Positions 9,888-18,817 of a stretch of DNA of 64,000 nucleotides are shown here, in pieces. The notes beneath the pieces are model-generated. The model was not told where the DNA came from. It did not search any database and saw only the letters and a list, made by a program, of their open reading frames with translations. Every line of letters starts with the position of its first letter. Position 1 is the stretch's first letter. The position numbers were made by a program, and so were the translations under genes. Origin of the DNA: Bacillota bacterium (GTDB lineage: Bacteria > Bacillota > Ch66 > Ch109); NCBI GenBank assembly GCA_050952625.1, contig JBMNLH010000001.1:192001-256000 (forward strand), given 5' to 3'.

Positions 9888-9951
9888 GATTACATCATCC
9901 GCAGCTTTACTGGGACTTTGAGCGAAGAGATGCTTCAGGTAATATTCCACC
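9887..9951 (+). repeat. Diverged direct duplication of 5393-5458 (internal part of the GHL10 gene)
   Basis: About 66 bp aligning with 4 substitutions and 1 indel. Confidence 0.9.
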
Positions 9952-10251
9952 TACTTTTTCGATATCTAAAACAAGGGCTATTCCATGATGTGGTTTATTA
10001 AATTTTCCAGCTTCTAAAATGACACCAAAAACTCGATCGACAAACTGCTGCGATACAATAGTATAAATAATTTCGCATTGGGGCTCAATTTTTAGGTTTA
10101 AAAATAAAGTAGGGTTATCATCACTAATCATCCTACCTAATAAAACAGTACTTTTCTTTACACCTTCTTTTTCAAGAGCATCCAATACCTTTTCAGTTCT
10201 ATTCTTTGCCACAATCGTAATAATTAACTTAAGGTCTTTGGAAATACTCAT
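9907..10251 (-). CDS. P-II-family signal transduction-like protein
   Basis: LKLIITIV...GKFNKPHHGIALVLDIEKVGGI pattern; last residues are encoded by the duplicated segment. Confidence 0.75.
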   Translation of the reverse strand: MSISKDLKLIITIVAKNRTEKVLDALEKEGVKKSTVLLGRMISDDNPTLFLNLKIEPQCEIIYTIVSQQFVDRVFGVILEAGKFNKPHHGIALVLDIEKVGGILPEASLRSKSQ

Positions 10252-10336
10252 AATTTAGCCACTCCTTATAAAATTATAACTAGGTAAAGAAACTTGCTTT
10301 ATATCCATCCATAGGTTTCCTCTACCACAAAAAATT

Positions 10337-10900
10337 TCATAAATTAACATCTACTTTTATTGGTTGGTGATGGTCTTTATCTATTCCGATATATCTCAGC
10401 GTTTCGGAGGGGCAGGAATGGCCAAAAATTGATCGTAATATGGAGATTGCAATCCCCTTACGGTAAGCGTGATAACCAAATGTTTTTCTAATAGTGTGGG
10501 TACCAATTTCCCCTTGAACACCTACTTCTCTTGCGGCCTTATTAATTATTCGATAGGCTTGCTGGCGGGAAATAGGTTTATCATAGTTTTTAGATTTAAA
10601 AAGAAAATCGTTATTCTTGAGATTTGTGGCTAATATATAATCGTTTAATGCCTCCCTAACGTTGTTGTTGATATAAAATGTAGTTTCTTTATGACGGCCA
10701 TTTTTAGCAATAAATAAAAATTCCTTAACTTTTTCCCCATCCCAAACATCATTCACTTTGAGATTAAGCAAGTCACATATTCTTATCCCCGTATTGATGC
10801 CAAATACAAATAACAAAAAATCCCTTGGTGCTTTTTGCTTTAAGGATTCTTTTATTTGATTAATTACCCCTATGTCTTTGATAGGGTTAACGTATTCCAT
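10337..10900 (-). CDS. Small tyrosine recombinase (catalytic domain only)
   Basis: GIRICD (R), HTIRK (HxxR), GHS (H) and RYIG (Y) catalytic residues; no N-terminal binding domain. Confidence 0.9.
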   Translation of the reverse strand: MEYVNPIKDIGVINQIKESLKQKAPRDFLLFVFGINTGIRICDLLNLKVNDVWDGEKVKEFLFIAKNGRHKETTFYINNNVREALNDYILATNLKNNDFLFKSKNYDKPISRQQAYRIINKAAREVGVQGEIGTHTIRKTFGYHAYRKGIAISILRSIFGHSCPSETLRYIGIDKDHHQPIKVDVNL

Positions 10901-11133
10901 CCTTTCACCACCGTCTAGGTTACTTATCTATATTCTAGAACAAGATATGTAACATTGTCAAAAACAGTCGGAGGCATTATTGATCATTTTGGTTCATTAG
11001 CGACTGTTGAAAACGTGAAACAACGAAACACAGCCAAACATTTATCTGAAAGCCCAACCCGTGTGGTATAATATTCCTATAGGCTGTAGCTGAAAAAAGC
11101 AAACTTCTGAAGAAATGACTGGGAGGGTGGGTT

Positions 11134-11614
11134 TTGGGGCCGTTAATTTTACCCTGGTATATCGTATTATTAGTTTCCATACCGGAAACAATCTTCATTA
11201 TTAAGCTTGGTTTCCAGTTGTTTAATGTGGATGTGGACTATAAGAAGGCTCTTTGTTATGTCCTTCTTAACTGCCATTCTCACTATCCTCATTAGAAAGC
11301 TGCCCTTAGTATTTGGGTTTCACACCTTAATCCTTATCTTTGTTTTAGTTGTCCTAACTAGAGTCATTATGAAAATTCGCTTATGGCACGGCTTCATTTC
11401 GGTACTTGTTGGCGTCTTAATATTGGGAGTATTAGAAAGCACTTTATTGCCTATCTTTCAAAAAATAACTTCAACGAATACCGAATCATTAATCTTACAG
11501 CCTTGGCTTAACGTTGGTTTCGCCATCCCTCTGGTATCCGTGATGGGAATATTATATCTCTTGACTAAAAAATATAGAGTGGTCATTTTTGATTTGAGTC
11601 TTAACGAGGACTGA
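11134..11614 (+). pseudogene. Frameshifted membrane protein, probable AgrC sensor-membrane part
   Basis: SD ggagg plus TTG 11134 gives MGPLILPWYIVLLVSIPETIFIIKLGF...KKAL; one extra T near 11251-11254 shifts into the VMSFLTAIL... frame of the 11207 ORF. Confidence 0.65.
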
Positions 11615-11619
11615 TTATA

Positions 11620-12486
11620 TTGTTTAAAGATAATAATTTATTAATGATTTCCACAATATTAATTGAGACTCTCTTCATTGTCCTAATGAACCAACAGATT
11701 TATATTGCCCATGATATTACTAATTTAAAAGTATTACTGCCAATAGCTAATGTCTTGGTGCTTTTTATGGGTGGACTAGCCTTGTTTTCTATTAAAGGAA
11801 TAGAAAACAATGTTAAGAAAAGAGTGGAAGTTAATCTCCTGAAAGCCCATCTCCAACAAGTAGAGGGATTGCTTAGTTCTCTCCAGAGTCAGAAACACGA
11901 ACATGCCAGACACATCCAGGTTATTCAAGCGATGCTATATTTAGAAGAAATAGACAAAGCCAAAGAGTATATTGATGGGATTGCCCAAGATTACCAGCCT
12001 AGCGAAGGAATAATTCACGTTGGGCACCCGGCCTTAACCGCTCTACTCAATAGCAAATGTAAAGTAGCTGAAACTAAGGGGATTGATTTTGCCTTTTCCG
12101 TAAAATGCAATCCATTAAATATAAAAATGCATCCTTGGGATTTATGCAGTATCTTGGGAAATTTATTGGACAATGCCATGGAGGCAACTGTTCAGAATAC
12201 TGGAGATCGTCGGGTAGCCTTAGAAATAAAATTTGAAGATAACGAGTACGTAATGTATATCTACAATAATGGACCAGCTCTTACTACAAAAGAAAGAAAG
12301 AGGCTGTTTGAGCCTGGCTTTACGACCAAAAATTCTGAGGCGCGTGGGTATGGATTATATTTGGTGAAAAAATTAGTCGATCAGTATGGTGGAAATATAG
12401 TGGTTAAATCAGGGGAACGCACATCTTTTATCGTGCATCTTCCCGATCAGAATCAGGGACGCGGCTTAGAGCGGGTGGTCATTTAG
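11620..12486 (+). CDS. AgrC-like GHKL sensor histidine kinase
   Basis: QKHEHARH H-box, LGNLLDNAMEA N-box and GFTTK...RGYGL G-boxes; agr context. Confidence 0.88.
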   Translation: MFKDNNLLMISTILIETLFIVLMNQQIYIAHDITNLKVLLPIANVLVLFMGGLALFSIKGIENNVKKRVEVNLLKAHLQQVEGLLSSLQSQKHEHARHIQVIQAMLYLEEIDKAKEYIDGIAQDYQPSEGIIHVGHPALTALLNSKCKVAETKGIDFAFSVKCNPLNIKMHPWDLCSILGNLLDNAMEATVQNTGDRRVALEIKFEDNEYVMYIYNNGPALTTKERKRLFEPGFTTKNSEARGYGLYLVKKLVDQYGGNIVVKSGERTSFIVHLPDQNQGRGLERVVI

Positions 12487-12564
12487 ACCACAAATTTGGT
12501 TATTTAGGAGTAATTTCTGGCTAGTTAATTTTATGCTGCAGGAATTACTTGCCTTTTGTAGAAT
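12476..12564 (+). promoter_or_regulatory. LytTR-type direct repeats (21-bp period) plus SigH-like promoter of agrB
   Basis: tggtcatttag 12476, tggttatttag 12497, tggctagtta 12518; AGGA 12540 - 17 nt - GAAT 12561. Confidence 0.6.
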
Positions 12565-12656
12565 AGCTCTGAGAAATTATAGTTGAGAATTTAGTGAAAA
12601 GATAGATAGATGTCGATTATGGCCCAAAGAGCAAGGTTAAAACCAGGAGAGTATAA

Positions 12657-13298
12657 ATGAAACGACTTTCTAAAGAATTGGCAGTCATATTAGGCAAGAC
12701 AATAAACGCTGATCAGGATGATGTAGATATATATGCCTACAGTTTGGAGGTTTTATTGGGAACCGTCCTGGAAATCGCCTTAATCATCTTGTTAGCCTTT
12801 CTAACGAACATTCTCACAACTACAGTGATCTGTCTGGCGGTTTTTTCATCTATCCGCTTTTTTGGGGGTGGAGTGCACTGCAGTACTTATTTAAGATGTC
12901 TGGTTACCGCTAATTTTCTGATGTTAGGCCTCGGGAAATTAGCCACCCTTCCGGTTAGTCAGGGTTTACTAAGCAGCCTATTACTGGCCGCTTTATTATT
13001 TAGCCTATACGCTGTCATTGAATGGGTTCCGGCTGGAACGGAAAAGAAAGTGATAACAGATATACCCATCAGATTAAAACAGAAGAAAAAAGTCGGATTA
13101 CTTCTTGTTTTTTGGTTAAGCGTGGCTGTTTTAGTAATGAAAAATGAGTTAAACACGGCTGCCTTGGCCATCGCCTTAGGCATTTTAAGCAGTGTATTTT
13201 TAATATCGCCGGTAGGCTACAAAGCCGTAAAGGCTCTAGAAAAGTTTATTAACAATTTTGTCAATTGCATACGAAAGGAGGTGAAGATTGATGTTTAA
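12657..13298 (+). CDS. agrB: Accessory gene regulator B (AIP-processing membrane peptidase)
   Basis: IRFFGGGVHCSTYLRC catalytic His/Cys motif; TM helices. Confidence 0.93.
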   Translation: MKRLSKELAVILGKTINADQDDVDIYAYSLEVLLGTVLEIALIILLAFLTNILTTTVICLAVFSSIRFFGGGVHCSTYLRCLVTANFLMLGLGKLATLPVSQGLLSSLLLAALLFSLYAVIEWVPAGTEKKVITDIPIRLKQKKKVGLLLVFWLSVAVLVMKNELNTAALAIALGILSSVFLISPVGYKAVKALEKFINNFVNCIRKEVKIDV

Positions 13299-13437
13299 AA
13301 AGTTTCAAGGAATGATGCTTTCCAGTGTTGCTGCTGCGTTAATGGCTATTGGTGGTATTGGAATAGGACCGAATTGTTGGTTTATCATCTACGAACCGGA
13401 CCTGCCAAAAAATTTGCAACGCAAGGGTAGAGCGTAA
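13291..13437 (+). CDS. agrD: Cyclic thiolactone autoinducer precursor, 48 aa (absent from the ORF track)
   Basis: MFKKFQGMMLSSVAAALMAIGGIGIGPNCWFIIYEPDLPKNLQRKGRA; strong SD aaggaggtg; C-x4-Y-EP-x-LP pattern; overlaps the agrB stop. Confidence 0.9.
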   Translation: MFKKFQGMMLSSVAAALMAIGGIGIGPNCWFIIYEPDLPKNLQRKGRA

Positions 13438-13439
13438 TA

Positions 13440-14162
13440 GTGGATATTTTACTGCTTGAAGATGAGGAATACACCAGAAGATTTTTAAAGAAATTAGTAA
13501 TGGAACATCCTCTGGTGGACAATGTGATCGATACCCCAAGTGGTAAAGAGGCTGTTAGACTAGCGAAAGAAGCTAAACCGGACATAGCCTTGCTTGATAT
13601 AGAGTTAACACCTGAAGAAAACGTTAACGGCATAGAAGTAGCAAAACTTATAGGCATTTTTAGTCCAGAAACGCATTTCGTTTTTATCACTGGTTATTCA
13701 AAATACGCCATTGAATCATTTGCCGTTCATCCTTATGATTATCTTTTAAAACCAATTAATAAAAGCAAGGTTCTTGAGACGATTGGAAATCTTGCTGGTA
13801 AATCTGAAAGCAAAACCGTTAATAAAAGGAATATAAATAGAATACCGGTAAAGGTTAATAATGAAATTTTTTTGATAAACTCTACAGATATATTATTTGT
13901 TGAGAAATTAGAAAAAAGGACCCTGATTCACACGGTAAGCAACGTCTATAAAATATCGCAGACCTTGAACGAGTTGGAGAATAAATTAGAAGACAGTTTT
14001 CTCAGAGTTCACAAATCTTTCATTGTTAACCTGGATAAAATCAGCAAGATAAAAGAGGTAAGCAGCCGGTCATATGAAATTAGTTTTGAAAATAGTAAAA
14101 AAGTAGCTTTGATGAGTCGATATAAATTCGAAGAATATAAAGACCGATTTATGCCCTCTTAG
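13440..14162 (+). CDS. LytTR-family response regulator (AgrA-like)
   Basis: Receiver domain (LLEDE, LLDIEL, YLLKP) plus FLRVHKSFIVN LytTR motif. Confidence 0.92.
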   Translation: MDILLLEDEEYTRRFLKKLVMEHPLVDNVIDTPSGKEAVRLAKEAKPDIALLDIELTPEENVNGIEVAKLIGIFSPETHFVFITGYSKYAIESFAVHPYDYLLKPINKSKVLETIGNLAGKSESKTVNKRNINRIPVKVNNEIFLINSTDILFVEKLEKRTLIHTVSNVYKISQTLNELENKLEDSFLRVHKSFIVNLDKISKIKEVSSRSYEISFENSKKVALMSRYKFEEYKDRFMPS

Positions 14163-14225
14163 GAGGGATTTTTTTTGCAAAATAGATAAGCAATTTTCTT
14201 GGGTTACCATAAAAATACAGATAAA

Positions 14226-14293
14226 TGGTTGTTTAAGCCCCATATTTGGTTATTGGGCAGTTTGCTGAAGGAATACGTAGTTGCATGTAGAAT
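14226..14293 (+). promoter_or_regulatory. LytTR-type direct repeats plus SigH-like promoter of the PAS kinase gene
   Basis: tggttgttta 14226 and tggttattgg 14247 (21-bp period); AGGA 14269 - 17 nt - GAAT 14290; same geometry as the agrB promoter. Confidence 0.55.
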
Positions 14294-14433
14294 GAAACGA
14301 TAAACAATGATTGATTGATTGCAGCTCAAGTCAAAAATATTGATGATATTATAGAATTTTATCCTAAGAACACTTTTTGTCGCAAATTACCGCAAATTAC
14401 CTTTAACCTGAAGTAGAAAAAGGGGGGGGCTAA

Positions 14434-15564
14434 ATGATTTTATCCTTTGATGAGATGGTGAGGTATGGGCAAGATGAAGATATAATGGTGGAGAATATCC
14501 TTGAAGTAACTAACCGAAAAGTAGTTAATATTTTAGAGAATATTACGGATGGTTATTTTGCTTTGGATCGAAGTTGGCGATTTACTTACCTCAATAAAGC
14601 TTCAGAGAAAATCTTTTTTAATAGTCGAGAAAATTTATTAGGTAAAATTATCTGGGAGGTTATCCCGGAACATATTAATCAGGCATTTTTTGAATTATAC
14701 TCAACAGCGATTGCCGAACAAAAACCGGTTTATTTTGAAATGCAAATTTGTCCTGAAGGCGATTGGGTAGAAGTCCATGCCTATCCAACAGAAGACGGTT
14801 TATCAGTTTACTTCAGAGATATTACACAACGCAAGCGAGTCGAAGTTGCCCTGCGTCGTTCAGAAGAACGCTCTGCCAGATTATTGAAAGAAATAAGTCG
14901 TTTAGAACGCCTTCAACTTATCGAAAAAATGGCTGGATGTATCAGTCATGAAATCAGAAATCCGCTAACCACTGTGCGGGGGTTTCTCCAACTGCTTTCG
15001 AAAAATGTTGAATTTGTCCGATACCAGGAATACTTTGATTTAATGATAGAAGAACTTGACCGGGCTAACGCCATTATTACTGAGTATCTTTCTTTATCCA
15101 ATAATAACTCGGTAGAGTTAAAACTCCTGAATCTTAATCAGATTATCGAGAAACTGTTGCCATTGATTCAGGCGGATGCTTTAATGACTGATAAGTATAT
15201 TGAGCTAGAACTTCGGGAAGTTCCCGATTTACCGCTTAATAAATCAGAAATTCACCAGTTGTTGCTAAATCTAGTACGTAACGGTCTAGAAGCGATGTTT
15301 ACCGGTGGTTGTCTGACGATTAAAACCTACACTGAAGGGGAAGATGTTGTTTTGGCGGTTAAAGATCAAGGTCAGGGCATCCCTCCATCGGTTTTGGAGA
15401 AGATCGGGACTCTCTTTTTTAGTACTAAAGATAATGGGACCGGATTAGGTTTACCGATCTGTTACAGCATTGCGCGCCGACATAACGCTAGTATAACAAT
15501 TGAAACTAGTGCTAAGGGGACAATTTTTCTTGTTAAATTTAAAAAACAAGCTGTTGCAAATTAG
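14434..15564 (+). CDS. Orphan cytoplasmic PAS-domain histidine kinase (sporulation-kinase-like)
   Basis: PAS_4 region (ITDGYFALDRSWRFTYLN), SHEIRNPLTTVRGF H-box, GTGLGL; no adjacent response regulator. Confidence 0.88.
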   Translation: MILSFDEMVRYGQDEDIMVENILEVTNRKVVNILENITDGYFALDRSWRFTYLNKASEKIFFNSRENLLGKIIWEVIPEHINQAFFELYSTAIAEQKPVYFEMQICPEGDWVEVHAYPTEDGLSVYFRDITQRKRVEVALRRSEERSARLLKEISRLERLQLIEKMAGCISHEIRNPLTTVRGFLQLLSKNVEFVRYQEYFDLMIEELDRANAIITEYLSLSNNNSVELKLLNLNQIIEKLLPLIQADALMTDKYIELELREVPDLPLNKSEIHQLLLNLVRNGLEAMFTGGCLTIKTYTEGEDVVLAVKDQGQGIPPSVLEKIGTLFFSTKDNGTGLGLPICYSIARRHNASITIETSAKGTIFLVKFKKQAVAN

Positions 15565-15796
15565 AGTACTATGAATTTAAATAATATTCATTATTGGAAT
15601 CAATTGATTACCATTTCTATGTTAAACGAGTTAACTTGAATAGTTCACTTGCACTCGTAAAATTGTGGTGTATTTAATTAAGCGATTGGGTTACCATTTG
15701 GAGAAGGTCTTCGATCAGTCGGTTGACTTAGAGAAGGCCTTTTTACATTTTCTTAATTTTTTTGGCTTTAATTTGAAAAATTTTGTTGTTTCTAGA

Positions 15797-15821
15797 AGGA
15801 GTTTGTCGCATATTGAAGAAT
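15797..15821 (+). promoter_or_regulatory. SigH-like promoter upstream of arcC
   Basis: AGGA-N17-GAAT; the same pattern occurs at 17846-17870 and, with N18, at 25385-25410. Confidence 0.5.
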
Positions 15822-15955
15822 AAATACTTTTCGGGGCATGCTGAATTCCTTTCTGGTGCTAATCCAATACGCAATCGCATACTGTGATTAGGATTTACTC
15901 AGATTAAGAAGGAGTGCCCTTTAGATAACATTTTACTAGATAAGGGAGAGAGTAT

Positions 15956-16897
15956 ATGGAGAACAAGATCGCCGTAGTCGCCTTTGGTGGAAACGCCCTT
16001 CATCCGGAGCATCAAGTAGGAACAATCGAAGAGCAGGAGATCAACGCCTCGGAAGCTAGTGCCGCAATTATTGAAATTGTGCGGAATGGTTACGACTTAG
16101 TGGTTGTCCACGGCAATGGTCCCCAGGTGGGAAATGTGCTTATTCAAGTAGAACGGGCCGCTGACGAGGTGCCCCCTTTACCCTTATATACGTGTGTTGC
16201 TTGCACTCAAGGGTCAATTGGTTTTATGCTGACTAATGCTTTGCGTAAGGAGTGTGAAAAGCTGGGGCTGAACAAGGAAGTTGCCACAGTGATGACTACG
16301 GTGGTAGTGGACGGAAACGACCCGGCGTTTCAAAGACCGACCAAGCCCATTGGGCCTTTTTTTAGCGAAGAATATGCCCGGCGGATGACTAAAGAAAAAG
16401 GCTGGCAAATAGTTGAAGACAGTGGTCGTGGTTACCGGCGAGTAGTTCCTTCCCCGGTACCCATCGACATTCTGGAGAAGAAAGTTATTCAACAAATGGT
16501 TCAGGATCATAATATTGTCATTGCCTGCGGCGGCGGGGGAATTCCGGTTATGCTGAAAAATAATGAGATAAAAGGAGTAGAGGCGGTTATTGATAAGGAT
16601 TACGCTTCTAGCCTGTTAGCTCAGGAAATTGGGGCAGATCTTTATGTAATCTTGACTGGAGTGCCGCAGGTTTCCATCAATTTTGGTAAACCGAACATGC
16701 AATACCTAGATACTATGACGGTTAGTGAGGCTCGAAAGTACATGGCCGAAGGGCAGTTTCCGCCCGGCAGTATGGGGCCGAAAATAGCAGCTTCCATAAA
16801 ATTCATTGAAGCAGGGGGTAAAGAGGTGCTGGTTACTTCGGCCAGTGAACTGGGTAAAGCTTTGCAACGGCGAGGTGGAACGTATATTGTCCGGTGA
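15956..16897 (+). CDS. arcC: Carbamate kinase
   Basis: AFGGNA, HGNGPQVG, PTKPIGPF, GYRRVVPSP, VIDKD and GSMGPK motifs. Confidence 0.95.
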   Translation: MENKIAVVAFGGNALHPEHQVGTIEEQEINASEASAAIIEIVRNGYDLVVVHGNGPQVGNVLIQVERAADEVPPLPLYTCVACTQGSIGFMLTNALRKECEKLGLNKEVATVMTTVVVDGNDPAFQRPTKPIGPFFSEEYARRMTKEKGWQIVEDSGRGYRRVVPSPVPIDILEKKVIQQMVQDHNIVIACGGGGIPVMLKNNEIKGVEAVIDKDYASSLLAQEIGADLYVILTGVPQVSINFGKPNMQYLDTMTVSEARKYMAEGQFPPGSMGPKIAASIKFIEAGGKEVLVTSASELGKALQRRGGTYIVR

Positions 16898-17052
16898 CCA
16901 TCTTTTTTCTTAAGTGTAATACTTTAATACTTTGTTACGCGTTTTTGGTTCATGATTTCCGAGTCGATGTGGTTATTGACCTGACCAGGCAAGACTGTCA
17001 TACTAGTAAAATAAAGGTTATAAAGTAGATTCAAGTCTACTTGACCTTAATT

Positions 17053-17156
17053 AAAGGCCTCCCACTGCTATCAGTCGGGTCACCTTGTTTAAATTCCAGA
17101 TGGAGTAGAGTCTCCATCTGAAGCCTCAGTTTTCAGCGAAGCTGAACGAGTTCACT
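17053..17156 (+). mobile_element. IS200/IS605-type miniature element, copy D (degenerate left end)
   Basis: Reverse complement of copies A-C; ends gaacgagttcac. Confidence 0.75.
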
Positions 17157-17173
17157 ATGGAAGGAGTTAATTA

Positions 17174-17512
17174 TTGATGAGTCAAGAAAAGATTTTGGTC
17201 GAAGTATATGATGGAGCTGCGATTGGTGGTTGTTGTTCCTGTTCGGGGTGCAGTTCTGAGGGTAGTTGCGGACCCGCGGAGTCTGCAGCAGAAACCACTG
17301 CGGCACTCGCAAGAGAATTAACGCAAAGTTTTGGGGCTGGGGTTGAGGTTAAGTTTATTGATACTAAAGATAAAGGGATTCAGGAGTATGCTCAATTGTG
17401 GCCCTTATTGCGTAATGGTTATCAGTTTCCCTTTGTCTTCATCAAGGGAGAGCCGCGAATGGCCGGTGGCATTAGCGTGGAGAAGATCAAAGAGTTGCTA
17501 GAAAAACTTTAG
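17174..17512 (+). CDS. Cys-rich thioredoxin-fold-like hypothetical protein
   Basis: GGCCSCSGCSSEGSCGP cluster and FPFVFIKG cis-Pro-type motif. Confidence 0.65.
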   Translation: MMSQEKILVEVYDGAAIGGCCSCSGCSSEGSCGPAESAAETTAALARELTQSFGAGVEVKFIDTKDKGIQEYAQLWPLLRNGYQFPFVFIKGEPRMAGGISVEKIKELLEKL

Positions 17513-17556
17513 ACCTGCGGACATCGTCTAGAGCAAAAGCATTTTTTATCTGAATC

Positions 17557-17731
17557 ATCTGTATCAAAAGACTCCCACTTTTATAAGTGGGGGTTACCTT
17601 GATTAAACTTCAGGTGGGGTAGGTCTCCAAGCAGATATGTTCATTGAAGGAGTCGCCAATATAAACTTTGTAACGGTGAGTAGGGTCTCCATCTCAAGCC
17701 TCGATGTTCAGCGAAGCTGAACGAGTGCACT
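17557..17731 (+). mobile_element. IS200/IS605-type miniature element, copy E, with an internal insertion
   Basis: Repeat interrupted by about 50 nt flanked by duplicated gtagg(g)tctcca. Confidence 0.75.
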
Positions 17732-17974
17732 GATCAGAATAAGCTGAAGAAAATGAAACCGCTCTTTGTCATTAATTGGGCGGTTTTTCACGTTAACGGT
17801 TATATGATAAATAAGGTTTATGATTTTTCGTTATATATACCGTAGAGGATTGATGCTCGTTAAATCGAATATACTAGTCAGAGATCTTGCTTCGGGGTTT
17901 ATGATTAATGCGAATGCGCAAATAGCCCTGCGTTTTTGGGCTGGAAATCAACTTAAAGAAAGTAGGTGCGTTTC

Positions 17975-18625
17975 ATGCGCGAAGTAGATGCCCGGGGTTT
18001 AGCTTGCCCCCAACCGGTAATTCTGACCCGAAAAACCTGGCTGGAATCCCCGGCCGGACCCTTGTTGGTTCGGGTCGATAACCCAATTGCCCGGGATAAT
18101 GTTTGTAAACTGGCCCAGAGTCTGGGTTGTATCACGGAAGTTACAGAAATCGGGACTGAATTCCAAATTTTAATTAATAAAGGCGAATCCGCCGGTAATC
18201 AGGAGAATCAGCCTCCGAATGCCTTAATACACGAGCAGCTGTTAACTTCGCTGGCCTCGTCTGGGTGCGGTTGTCTGCCAGCCGCGGAAACGGGAATTGT
18301 GATCTTGATCAAAGATGATGTTTTGGGGGCAGGCAATCGCGAACTGGGACAGGCCTTAATGAAGAGCTTTTTATACACTCTGCGGGAACTGCCAGAGGGA
18401 ATAAAGGCATTGGTTTTCTTAAACCGTGGTGTTTATTTGACTTGCGAAGGTTCGGATTCGCTGGAGCATCTAGAGTATTTAGCGAACGAGGGGGTTGAAA
18501 TTTACTCCTGTGGGACCTGTCTGAATTTCTTCGATTTGCAGGATCAATTAAAGGCTGGGGTCGTTACTAATATGTATAATATCTTGGAAATCATGAAGGC
18601 TGCTAGTAAAGTGATTGCTTTATAA
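17975..18625 (+). CDS. yedF: Selenium metabolism protein YedF (SirA/TusA plus DsrE domains)
   Basis: VDARGLACPQPVI and YSCGTCLNFF motifs. Confidence 0.9.
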   Translation: MREVDARGLACPQPVILTRKTWLESPAGPLLVRVDNPIARDNVCKLAQSLGCITEVTEIGTEFQILINKGESAGNQENQPPNALIHEQLLTSLASSGCGCLPAAETGIVILIKDDVLGAGNRELGQALMKSFLYTLRELPEGIKALVFLNRGVYLTCEGSDSLEHLEYLANEGVEIYSCGTCLNFFDLQDQLKAGVVTNMYNILEIMKAASKVIAL

Positions 18626-18753
18626 GTTTTGATAGCTTTGACACGGATGATCTGGTTCGAGAAGGTTATGGCTGGACGTCAACGTCTACTGCTACTTCAA
18701 CGCTGAAGTAGCAAATTTTTTTTATATTCATATTATAAATCAGGTGTTTACGG

Positions 18754-18773
18754 AAGTTAGCCACAGCTAACTT
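18754..18773. promoter_or_regulatory. Palindromic operator, probable DtxR/MntR-family site upstream of feoA
   Basis: aagttagc-caca-gctaactt perfect inverted repeat; cognate regulator encoded in the same operon. Confidence 0.6.
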
Positions 18774-18817
18774 TTTTCTATCACTATTTCTATTACTAGC
18801 TAAGGAAGGAATGGAAG

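Noticed and set aside
12639-12656. Third copy of the leader motif (aaaccaggaga) before agrB
   Set aside because: No upstream cctggtttc partner or internal stems; probably just an SD context
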